Shown piece after piece: positions 1 to 9,845 of a stretch of DNA of 64,000 bases; position 1 is the stretch's first letter; the number at the start of each line of letters is the position of its first letter. Position numbers and translations under genes: made by a program. The stretch is from contig OZ374560.1 in NCBI GenBank assembly GCA_977862235.1, positions 1,798,001-1,862,000 on the forward strand. Reading direction: 5' to 3'. This DNA comes from Dudresnaya verticillata (lineage: Eukaryota). Below the pieces are notes generated by a model. It did no database searches. It was not told the DNA's origin and saw only the letters and a list, made by a program, of their open reading frames with translations.

Positions 1-106
1 AACCCGGAGGGTGATGACTATGATGAAGTATGGTTACTTAAGAAGCAAAACTACAAAGTGGATCTATCATTAGGTCTGGTCATCTCAGATGATATCCGCA
101 AGGGGC

Positions 107-3100
107 GTGATTGATTCTGGCGCCGGAACGAATCTGATTCATGTTAAAATGTTACCTAATGGCTGGTAAAAGCGAGCCAAACCCTATAAGGAAACCACTC
201 GTAGCATCGTCGACGCTTCTAATAATCGAATATTACCTCTAGGAGTCATCCCCTTATATATCCGTGTCGGTAATCTCTACACGAAGACCCATTTTCTGGT
301 TGTTGCTAATATGCCTGCCGAAGTTATACTCGGTACAACCTTCATCGATCGACATATCACAGCCATCATGCCTGGACCCCGAAGGTTACTATTGAGGGAT
401 GCTCCAGTAGTACAAATGCTCGGTGTTTCCATGGGAGGAAGTAAGGTTACCAACGATAAACAACCAACGGTTTCTACCAAAGTGAGATTGGTCGAAGACT
501 GGGTCATACCTCCAAGGTCACGCTCGTTTGTGCCGGTAAGACCAAGCGCATCCGGATTATGCCTGGTTCATAATACCCCACGGTCACTACACAAGTCGTT
601 AACCATAATGGCAAAAAGGGATCAGGGATATCCTTCCGATGGGAGAGTTTTTCCTGTACTACTGACCAATTTTGGTGATCGCCCTGCTCGACTGAAAAAA
701 ACTCAAGTAATAGGCCATGCATTGCCCAGACCTGATCAGGTTTTGAGTATAGGTACTCTACAAGAGAACAACCAGTCGGATACCCAGGAGGTGAAATCAA
801 TAGCGGAACCCAGTTGGGAAGACACTGTCCATACAGGTGTCCAAGACAGTGCTTCCCGATCCCAAGTTATGGAAATGTTTCAATAGTATCAAGAAATGTG
901 GTCCGGCCAACTAGGTACCATTAAGGATACTCAGCACAGGATTGAGTTGATGGAAGGGGGGAAACCCATCTATCAACACCCTTATAGGGCCGGCCCTAAA
1001 GCTTGAGAAGCTGAAAAGACGGAAGTACAACGAATTTTACGCGAAGGCGTTATTGAACCCTCGGGCAGAATGGGCCAGCCCTGTGGTCCTTGTGTCGAAA
1101 CCTGATGGGTTTTTGCGCTTTTGCGTCGACTATCACCGGCTGAATAGTATTACTCGGAGAGATTCATATCCGTTACCTCGAATGGACGAATGTATTGACT
1201 CACTGGGAGATGCTAAGGTATTCATGACGCTCGACTATAATAGTGGCTGTTGGCAAGTGGAAGTCGATCCCGACGATCGCAATAAAACGACGTTCACTTG
1301 CCACGAAGGGGTATACCGTTTTATCAGGATGCTACTTGGTCTCAAGAATGCGCCCGCCACATTCCAACGAGCAGTCGACATTATACTGTCCCGATGCAAG
1401 TGGCAATACGCTTTTTTGTTTATCTCGATGACGTTATCGTTTACTATCGGAGTATCCAGAACCACTTCCACCATTTACGTACTGTACTCGATCTACTCCG
1501 AACCGCTCGGGTTTCTCTCAAGTTGTCTAAGTGCAAGTTCTTCGAAGCTTCCGTCGATTACCTCGGACATGTAATACGTCCCGGAAAGCTTGAGGTAGCC
1601 TCTAAGAACGTTACCGCCCTACGACAGGCGAAACCTCCCACGGATCAAACCAAGTTAAGGTCATTTCTTGGGGTATGTAACGTCTATCGACGTTTCGTCC
1701 CCAATGATGCACGGATTGCGTCTCCGCTCTCCAGGAAACGTCGACAAGATCAACCCTTCACTTTTGAGTCACTGACCGAAGACGAGTACGACGCCTTCGA
1801 CGATCTCAGGCGTCGTCTTTTAACGGCACCCATATTGGCTTTACCTCGAAAGGGATTCCGCTATTCAGTTGACACCGATGCGTGCGACCTTCAGGTTGGC
1901 TGTTGCTTACTTCAAGAAAACGAGCAAGGAGACAAGCTACCTATTGTTTATTGGAGTCACACACTTAATTCCGCAGAGCGTAACTATTCGGCCACCGAAC
2001 GGGAATGTCTCGCCGTAGTATGGAGTCTTATAACCCTCAGAGCTTACCTTGAAGGCGACCACTTTACGGTTAGAAGCGACCACGAACCGCTTCAGTGGCT
2101 GTTAAACCTCTCGGATGCATCGGGTCGCCTTGCCCGTTGGCGCTTAAGACTCTCGGAGTTCGACTTTCTAGTCACCTATAATCCTGGACGGGAACATCAT
2201 TTGGCTGACACCATGTCACGGCTTTCGACTCCAGGGAGTGACCAAACGCCATTAGACGATGACATCCCCTGTTTTACCCTCGCGGTTGAAAATAGCGCTC
2301 TGGGTTAGCTCAGTTTACCTACCGTCCGTGACTTGGCAAACGAAAAGGGTTTACCCCGCCAGGTTAGTAAGCAAGAACTCCTCGAGGAACAATCAAAGGA
2401 TGCGTATTGCCAACAGATGGCTAACCAAGTTGGTATCGCTGGATCCCAGTTCCAGTGGGACCATAATGGTTTTCTAATCCGCCAGGCGACACTCGATGGA
2501 GTACTCCAGGTCGTGGTGCCAAAGTCCCTGCACCCTCGCATACTATATTTAGCCCACTATTCCCTCCTTTCTGGACACCCTGATGGTTCAAGAATGTATT
2601 ACACCCTCCGGCGACAGCTTTATTGGCCATATATGGCTAATGATGCATATGCCGTAGTGGGTGACTGTACTAAGTGTGTCCAAAATCGGGGTACCTTATG
2701 GAGACATCAGAACTACCTTAACTTATTTCCAGCCGCTGGCCCACTGGAATTCATTGCCATGGACCTCGCGGGTCCTTTTCCCCAAACCGAACTTGGTAAA
2801 CGTTTCGTCTTGGGTATTACCGATCGGTTTTCTACGCTCACCCGCGCCATACCTTCACGGAACAGCAATGCCCGCACGGTTGCACAAGCTTTTCTGGACC
2901 ACTGGGTCTACCCTTACGGTGTTCCGTTATATGTCCTTTCCGATAATGGTCCACAGTTCGTGTCAAAGTTCTTCGCCACGGTCTGTCAAACCCTGGGGTT
3001 ACGTCAGTTACTCACCACCGCTTACCACCCCCAGAACAATGGTCAGGTCGAACGGTTCAACAAAACCCTTGTCCAGTGGTTACGTCATTACGTAGGGGAT

Positions 3101-3955
3101 CATCAACGTGACTGGGACAGTTACGTACATCCGCTCACCTATGCGTATATCCTTCAGGTTCACCGCTCTACGGGTACTTCGCCCTTTGATCTCGTCCTAT
3201 CCCGACCACCTTCGGTTATACATCTCCAAGGTTCTCCCACAACGGATCTCACCAATCAGTTGGATTCTCAACTCACCGCTGCTTCTGTTAAGCGTTTAAC
3301 CATTCGGAAACTTCAACAGGCCATTGCTACCGTCACCCTCACGGCTGCCCAACAACGTTACAAATCTGCCTTTAATACCTCCGTGGCACGGCCCTTTTCG
3401 GTTACTGTTGTTGATTGGGTCTATCTCGATCGTCCTAAGTTCACTAAACGCCAAGTTGGTGAGCGACAGGCTTCTCTCGTCGACCCCGCCGAGGAGCAGA
3501 ACCTTTCTAGGAAACGTTTGCCCAAAACGACCGGACCCTTTTTGGATACAGCCGTTCATAACGACCATACGGTCACGAATATGCAATACGGGATTTTTAA
3601 TACCATTTCTCAAGACCGCATTTCGGTTGACCCTCATCGTGGTCCTGGCACCCCCCTGGCCAACCTTGAGGTCACTTAGGATCCGCCATCGGCTCCTCCG
3701 CCGCCTACGAGCCCAACCCAATCGGATTACTATACAGTTGACCATTTGGTTAAGCACCGTGTCACCGACAGTGGGTACCAATATAAGGTTCGCTGGTATG
3801 GTTACGACCCCAATGATGATACTTGGGAGCCACCCGCGCACATCCCTCACAACTTCGTGTTATGCTACTGGCGCCGGCTTGACCAGACGCCACCGCCCGG
3901 AGCTGGGGGGTGTAGGCCTCAGAGATTTTCGCGGACTCCAAATTATCCATCGTGA
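107..3955 (+). pseudogene. pol: Gypsy pol (protease, dUTPase-like spacer, RT, RNase H, integrase, chromodomain), disrupted
   Basis: VIDSGAG protease motif from 107; WASPVVLV..LRFCVDY..YPLPRMD, NAPATFQR, YLDD; TDAC..NYSATERECLAVV; SDNGPQF..AYHPQNNGQVERFN; YKVRWYGYDPNDDTWEP chromodomain at 3746-3955; in-frame stops (e.g. 884-886) and frameshifts. Confidence 0.95.
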
Positions 3956-4210
3956 AACGTCACTCAGAGAGTTAGCGCCACCCAATCAAAAGGCCTCGCG
4001 AAGGCGTTATCTCATAGATTGAAATGAACCGGCACCAGGTCTCTCTCTCTTCACTTTTTCTACTTATTTTACGCTACTTACCTACAGTACCACTGTACGC
4101 TCACAGAAACCAAGACAAAGGAGAACCACACAGGGAGATACAACACAAGACATACGATGTTTTATTGAAAACTCTTCAGATCACCCTGGAGGCTCATCTA
4201 ATAGGGATAT

Positions 4211-5476
4211 CTACTGGTAACGGGAAAGTTTCTCAACAGACCCCTCGAAGTCACCCAAACGTGAAGACGCACGGCGACGGGGTTGGAAAGGAGACGCTCG
4301 ACGATTCTCCGCTGGCGTAGTAACTCTAGGAGTCGCCTCGCGCAGCGCCGCATGACTCACTGCCTCCAAGGGAGAAGCCACAATGGTAGGGTTCCCGGTA
4401 GGAAGGGGCTGCGCTACCTGATAGGTAGAAGAGCCAGCTGGAGTCTCCTTGGGCTGCTCCCTCATAAACACGTTGGTAATTTCCGCTGGGGCAGCGGATT
4501 GCTGTTCAGCTCCCTGAGCCGGCACCGGCGATGCCAGAGCCAAAGGGTCACCCGGTTGGTAGTTCACCACTTGGGTAAGTGAACCGGCCGCACCACGGGC
4601 TAGAATACTCGGCTGAAGATCGCTCTTGCGCAATTCCTCTCGGGTTAACTTGTTGCAGGACGTAACGAAACTCGTGGCGTTCTGAGGCATCGCAGCCGCC
4701 ATACTAGCAAGAGACGCCCTGAGGGTTGCTACTTCGGTTCCTAAACGGTCTATCGTCGCCACGTGGGTACCCAGTTGGTTCACTTGGAAGTTACCCATAT
4801 GGGCCACCTCCCGTAGTAGCCAAGTCAGGAGTGCCTCCTTCGACACCCGCTCCCGAGCGGTGTCCAGAGCATCCTCTAAGGTAGCCGGTACCGGGATTCT
4901 CGCAGCGCGACACGCCTCTTGAAGTCGCCCAACCCGAAGGCGAACCGAGGCAGGTAGAGTCGTTCCGGATGGGGCCGTCGCTGTACCAGAGGGACCACTC
5001 GGTGAAACCAATGGGTTAGTTCGACGAGTCGCTGCCTCAGGAGTTACCATCGCGGGTACGCCAGTGGAGGCTGCGCACGCGGGTGTCGCCGGACGCGCCT
5101 CACGCATGTGCGTGACTGTCTCCGGTGCCGCTTGTGGGTTCGGTGTCCCTGGACGCGCCCCAATGCCCCGGCGCGCGGTCCTCGCTCGAGTCGCATGCCC
5201 TGAAGCCTCACGCATCCTGTTGGGGTAACCACTATAGGTTGGCGCCACGTCTTCTTCGACCACTTGGTTTCTATCAGAGTTAGGCTCCATGTTGCCCCAG
5301 CCACGGCCTATACCCTCTGTCTCCTCAAAGGAGTGAAGCGGCGAACCAGGACCGTTATCGATGTTGTGTCGCCTACCAAATCGGACCGCTGCTTTGGAAA
5401 CCTCCGGGTCATACGCGACCCAAACCTCACTGGCAGCCCACTTCAAGGTCTTCGATGCGGTTAGAAGTCCCACCAA
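4211..5476 (-). CDS. Antisense ORF B inside Gypsy 3' region; Ala/Pro/Thr-rich with central predicted coiled coil; unknown function
   Basis: 421-aa open frame; helical segment LEDALDTARERVSKEALLTWLLREV..IDRLGTEVATLRASLASM; overlaps ORF A by 16 nt. Confidence 0.55.
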   Translation of the reverse strand: MVGLLTASKTLKWAASEVWVAYDPEVSKAAVRFGRRHNIDNGPGSPLHSFEETEGIGRGWGNMEPNSDRNQVVEEDVAPTYSGYPNRMREASGHATRARTARRGIGARPGTPNPQAAPETVTHMREARPATPACAASTGVPAMVTPEAATRRTNPLVSPSGPSGTATAPSGTTLPASVRLRVGRLQEACRAARIPVPATLEDALDTARERVSKEALLTWLLREVAHMGNFQVNQLGTHVATIDRLGTEVATLRASLASMAAAMPQNATSFVTSCNKLTREELRKSDLQPSILARGAAGSLTQVVNYQPGDPLALASPVPAQGAEQQSAAPAEITNVFMREQPKETPAGSSTYQVAQPLPTGNPTIVASPLEAVSHAALREATPRVTTPAENRRASPFQPRRRASSRLGDFEGSVEKLSRYQ

Positions 5477-6606
5477 CTCGTCACCCGCAAGGTACTACCC
5501 CCACAAATGAGGTCAACCCCAAGGGTGCGGATTGACTCGATGATTGTCTTGGATAAGCGAAAGAGGCGACCATCAGGTAGACCATCTTGGGCATGGTAAC
5601 CAGCTTCGATATTGGGCGTTGAGTCCCACATACCAAAATAGGCTGCCTGAAGAAAGGCCAGCGCTACGTGGAGTACCTGCTCGGTTTTGGCGATCGACCA
5701 CACTGGGTAATACCACTTCTCCGCGGAGTCACGCGCATGGGCGCCTAAGTACACCAGCACTCCCGGAGTTAACGACGGAAAGGAGCGCGGACCTTCGATG
5801 GCGTGGCACCAGCTGGGCTTCTTCACGTAGTGATCACGACGCCGACCCATGGGGATACTCCACATTTCGACATTGTGAAACCCCGCTAGGAGACCATCAG
5901 TACGGTTGCGAATGCGCGTCTCCGTCCAAATATCCACCGTCCACCGCTCGGTTAACCAGCACAGGTCGGGAAAAGGCTTCGACTCCAGGAGTGACTCCGG
6001 AAGTAATTTGATATCGTTCACCCATTGGTTTCCCTCAAGGAAGCAGTAGAGCGAGGGTACATAGTCTTCTTCGAACCCAACGCGCAACCACTTGAGGTCA
6101 CTACGGTAGTGACACGGAATCAGGGCGCTCGGCGGGCATTGACGCAAACGCGCAACCCACTGGTTCTTGCGCGTACCTTCGGGGATCGCCCGGAAGCGGT
6201 AGGTGTCCGGATTGGCGTCGACGAGGTAACCTTGGAACGGAAACTGTTCTAGCACCTCCTGATTGGAAAACGCCGACAACCCTCCGTGGAAACCCATCGG
6301 AGAAGACTGTGCCATCGCGGCATAGTAACCTCCGCGGCGTACGCAAGGCGTGACTAGAAAGACAACGTCAGGGTTGGAGAGACGACGGCGACGGGGTGGC
6401 GAGTGGCGTGGTGTTGGTTGCGATTGACGTGGGACCATGTTGAAAAAACCTTTGGGGTGATGATGCAGCGGAAGAGACGTACTGCTGCGCGCGGGATCGA
6501 TTGCGAGCCGACGACGGTCATGGGAGTTGAGCCGTCTGGATACCAAACGGTTATGGTTTCGCGCGAAACACGTGCAGACTGCCCTGGCGTCCCGAGGACG
6601 GGCCAC
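5461..6606 (-). CDS. Antisense ORF A inside Gypsy 3' region; globular aromatic-rich protein of unknown function
   Basis: 381-aa open frame with Trp/Tyr/Phe-rich, protein-like composition, starting just inside the PPT; real start probably a downstream ATG. Confidence 0.6.
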   Translation of the reverse strand: MARPRDARAVCTCFARNHNRLVSRRLNSHDRRRLAIDPARSSTSLPLHHHPKGFFNMVPRQSQPTPRHSPPRRRRLSNPDVVFLVTPCVRRGGYYAAMAQSSPMGFHGGLSAFSNQEVLEQFPFQGYLVDANPDTYRFRAIPEGTRKNQWVARLRQCPPSALIPCHYRSDLKWLRVGFEEDYVPSLYCFLEGNQWVNDIKLLPESLLESKPFPDLCWLTERWTVDIWTETRIRNRTDGLLAGFHNVEMWSIPMGRRRDHYVKKPSWCHAIEGPRSFPSLTPGVLVYLGAHARDSAEKWYYPVWSIAKTEQVLHVALAFLQAAYFGMWDSTPNIEAGYHAQDGLPDGRLFRLSKTIIESIRTLGVDLICGGSTLRVTSWWDF

Positions 6607-6623
6607 AATCTCGGGGGGAGCTC

Positions 6624-7020
6624 TGTAATACAGTGAAGGGCTTACAGAACTGGACCCTCTGCCCTCGTGAATGCGCTGAAATAGCTTTACCTATAGGGTG
6701 CCAACAGGGACAAGACGGGTAGTCTATGATTGGTCCAAGCGTCACCCTGTAGGTCAGTAGCTTACTATCTGTTTGTTTATTTTCGAAATGATAGCTTAGG
6801 ATAGTGGTCATGTATATAGCCCAGTATGAGGGGTGCTGCCTGACAGTCGGAGTACCATATAAGGGTATCTCCCATAGCGGTCACTGTACAGTAAAAGCAA
6901 GCACCTTCCGGCCCCAACTACCTCTCCAAGCTATCGGCACCGCAGCACACTTGTCACAGGTGCCCGGCTAACCGCCCGCCCAGTGAACTACCTTCAGTAT
7001 CGTGCTTCCAATCAGGTTAC
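6624..7020 (+). repeat. Putative 3' LTR of the Gypsy element
   Basis: GGGGGGAG-ctc-TGTAAT start; TATA-like TATATAG near 6813; ends GGTTAC (terminal A missing); partner LTR not in window. Confidence 0.6.
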
Positions 7021-7849
7021 GTGCCCTTGTCTACCCTCTGGGTTCCTCCCGCTCTACCACCGCTACCAGGTACCCGCTCTGTGGCTTTCGCATTGAGTGC
7101 ACTCTTTGAGTTCACAAGAGACCTAAAAGGTACTTCCTTACAGAACATTGCAACCTGCATCGAGTCAGCAACTGCGCTTTCCATGCCCGCTAAACGGTTG
7201 AAAAACCCCTCAAAGTCATCTATGTAGTCAGCCATTGGTTATCTGCTGTAGTTCAAACGAGCAAGTTTAGTTTGTAACTGAACTCGCGACACTAGATTGG
7301 AGACTGCATATCGTTCTTTCAAACGATTCCACATCTTGTTAAGGTTCCCTTTCTTACTCAAACAAAGCCTTCAGGGTTTGTCGCGTAACCATTGAATTAT
7401 AATAGCCCTTGCCTTGGCTACGGCTAGATTATTGTCTTCTGAAAGACTAACAGTACCATCTCCAACGATATCAGACAGTACTGTCCGAAGCACTTCCTTT
7501 GCCTCCAGGGCTACCTCCGTCCTGGGAGCCCAAAGATAGTAGTCCTCACCTGGGCGCCCATAAAATTTATGCAAGCGTTTCGAGTCTTCCATCTTCACCG
7601 AGGCCTTCTAGTACTGACGAATCTTGACAATAAATTCAAAGTCCCTTTCGACAGATCGATAACCGAGGGGTGAACACGTTACTGTAGTGCGCAGGAAGAG
7701 CTGCCTCGGCCCATAACCTGATGGTGGTAGGGTCAGAGCGACAAGAGAGGTGGTTGGAATGTTCAGCACTGTACGTGGTGTCGATACCGTTTTAAAAGCG
7801 GTACCGAAGTATACTTAGCTCGTAGCTCTGATTCGTACTTATACTAACA
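7021..7849 (-). mobile_element. Ty1/Copia 5' remnant (131-bp LTR 7719-7849, PBS, gag fragment) interrupted by the Gypsy
   Basis: Minus strand TGTTAG...CATCA, then GGTTATGGGCC (7718-7708), the Copia-type PBS for the internal half of tRNA-iMet; gag motifs FYGRPGEDYYLW..ALEAKEV and MADYIDDFEGFFNRLAGM. Confidence 0.85.
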
Positions 7850-7891
7850 ATGTCCCACGAAAAACCCACCTAAAAGATGTGGAACAGATAA

Positions 7892-8782
7892 TGTGGTGCA
7901 AACGTCTGAAGACGGAACACCGCCGAGCACTTCGGGGCTCGGTGGGTAGCTGCGCCCGTGGCGGTGAGTAGCCTCGCCTTGGGCCGCTTGTGGTAGACCA
8001 GTGGACACGCCTTGGGCGGACTGTAGACGCCCGAGGCGGAAAGGAAGGAAAAAGGAAACAAAAAGGGAAACACGTCAAGGACGGTGATAGACGTGGAAGC
8101 ACAGGAGGTAGACGCTTGAGCCGTAGGCAGCGGTAGGGTACGCGCGTGCGGAACGGGGAAGTCTGGACCAAGGCCGGCTTTCCTGGGCGTTTACTGCTAC
8201 GTCTGGGACGGCTTACCTAAGTATAGTACGGCGGTGCGGCGGCGGCGGTAGCGCGGGAACTCGGGACACGTGTTGTCCCGAGGCGCGTCTGACAGATCAC
8301 CCATCGCATGCAGCCGCGCGCCTGACAGATTGCCGTGCAACCCCCTGTGTGGGCCCTTACACACACACGTGGACGCGTGTGCATTACAGCTGTGCGCGCG
8401 CGTGTGCTGTAGAGCGCGCCTTGGATCTAATCCGATACTTGTCCGATCCCGATCCCATCCGGATCCGGGGCAGCAATGCGAACACTCGCAACCTTACAGG
8501 CGTGTATCTTACAGCTCAGGCTATCCGGATAGCAAATCTGGATACCGGATCCGGATCCCATCGGGATCCGTATTACAGTGCCCCGGGGCGCCAGGTCAGC
8601 CCATCACCGTACAGTGCCCGCGTGGCGCGCGGCGCGCAGCGTGCGTGCGTGCCCCAGTGAGCCGTCGATGACGTGTTCGCGCGCCAACGGCGGTGGTGAG
8701 CGCCGGTGGCGGTTTCTCCGTCGGTGGACGTATTTGTTGCTCCGTTTTCAGCGAAAAAGGGGCTCACCCCCCTTGCACCACA
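7892..8782. mobile_element. Solo LTR (891 bp), family A
   Basis: TGTGGTGCAA...TTGCACCACA termini; perfect 5-bp TSD GATAA (7887-7891, 8783-8787); inverted homolog at 26812-27708. Confidence 0.85.
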
Positions 8783-9845
8783 GATAACAGTGATCGCAGA
8801 CGGCGGGGACCACAGTGACAAAACAAACATGCAGTAAAAACACAACTAAACAATTCTACAATAGGCTGGAGGTTCAGTCCTCGCGGTCCTCAGGAGAATA
8901 TTTCTCCCGCCAAATATTTTTCCCCGAAATTCAATCCAGTTGTACACCAGTCCTCGTTATCGAGATGAGAAAAGGGCATCGTCCTCATTCTAACAGTTTT
9001 GCGTGCGTTACACACCATCTTGAAATTCTATTCTCTGTATAGAACAAACTTTGAGGACTCAATCGTTTCGTGTTCTACAATTGCATCCCTCGTACGAAGG
9101 GTTGCTTTGTATCACTTTTGTCAGAACGCCGAGAATTCCGTACGGAACTGTGTATTTGATGCAGGTAAAAGGGAGGTGAGACACTGCAAAACTCTACTAC
9201 AAGGTGGAAAAATGTTCTTCCAAAGGCGCGTTAATGGATACCCACCAAGAATAGCTTGACGCGATCGTTAAGTATTTATTTCTAGTAAATCCGCTGCTGA
9301 GACTCACTGCGTAGCTACTTCATTTCATTTAAAGAATTCTTTACCTCGATTCCGTTCCTCGTTACTGCTTTCAGTAACTAAATTTGTGTTCAGCTGCACA
9401 GCTCGGCGAGCTACAAGTACTACTATCAAAAAAGCACTGTGCCATGGTATTTCAATAAATGTCAAATTAATACCTCTTGTGCTCTGTGCAATTTAATTCA
9501 GAGATGCGTATTTGTTCTAGACCAGTACTGCAAGTCGAGCAATACCTATTTTGTAAAAGATTTGCTTTTTATTCACACTGCAATTCCAGATCAATAGAGG
9601 AATCGGACGAGAGTTGCAAGGGGGTATGAACTATACCAACAAATAGAGAGTTCCGAAAGTACAACAAAGATGTTCAGAAGAAAAGAAAATGAGCGATCGT
9701 ACGAGCACAATCATTGATACACGTGCAGAATATAAGTCATACAGACAACGCCTGGCGAAGTTTGATTTATTGGTAATTTGTTTAGAGTGGTCCTGCGCGG
9801 GCGGTTATAGCCCATTTGCAGGCACACTTTCGGGCTGTGGTCTAT

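Larger units (their letters stand above)
1..7020 (+). mobile_element. Ty3/Gypsy LTR retrotransposon (chromovirus), 5' part outside window, with extra antisense ORF region
   Basis: Domain order PR-RT-RNaseH-IN-chromodomain; polypurine tract followed by TGTAAT at 6613-6629; putative LTR ends GGTTAC at 7020, where Copia gag sequence begins. Confidence 0.9.

Noticed and set aside
7839..8845. Numerous short ORFs in solo LTRs (also 26766-27821, 46718-47728, 51724-52424)
   Set aside because: GC-rich non-coding repeats yield spurious ORFs; frames are not conserved between LTR copies
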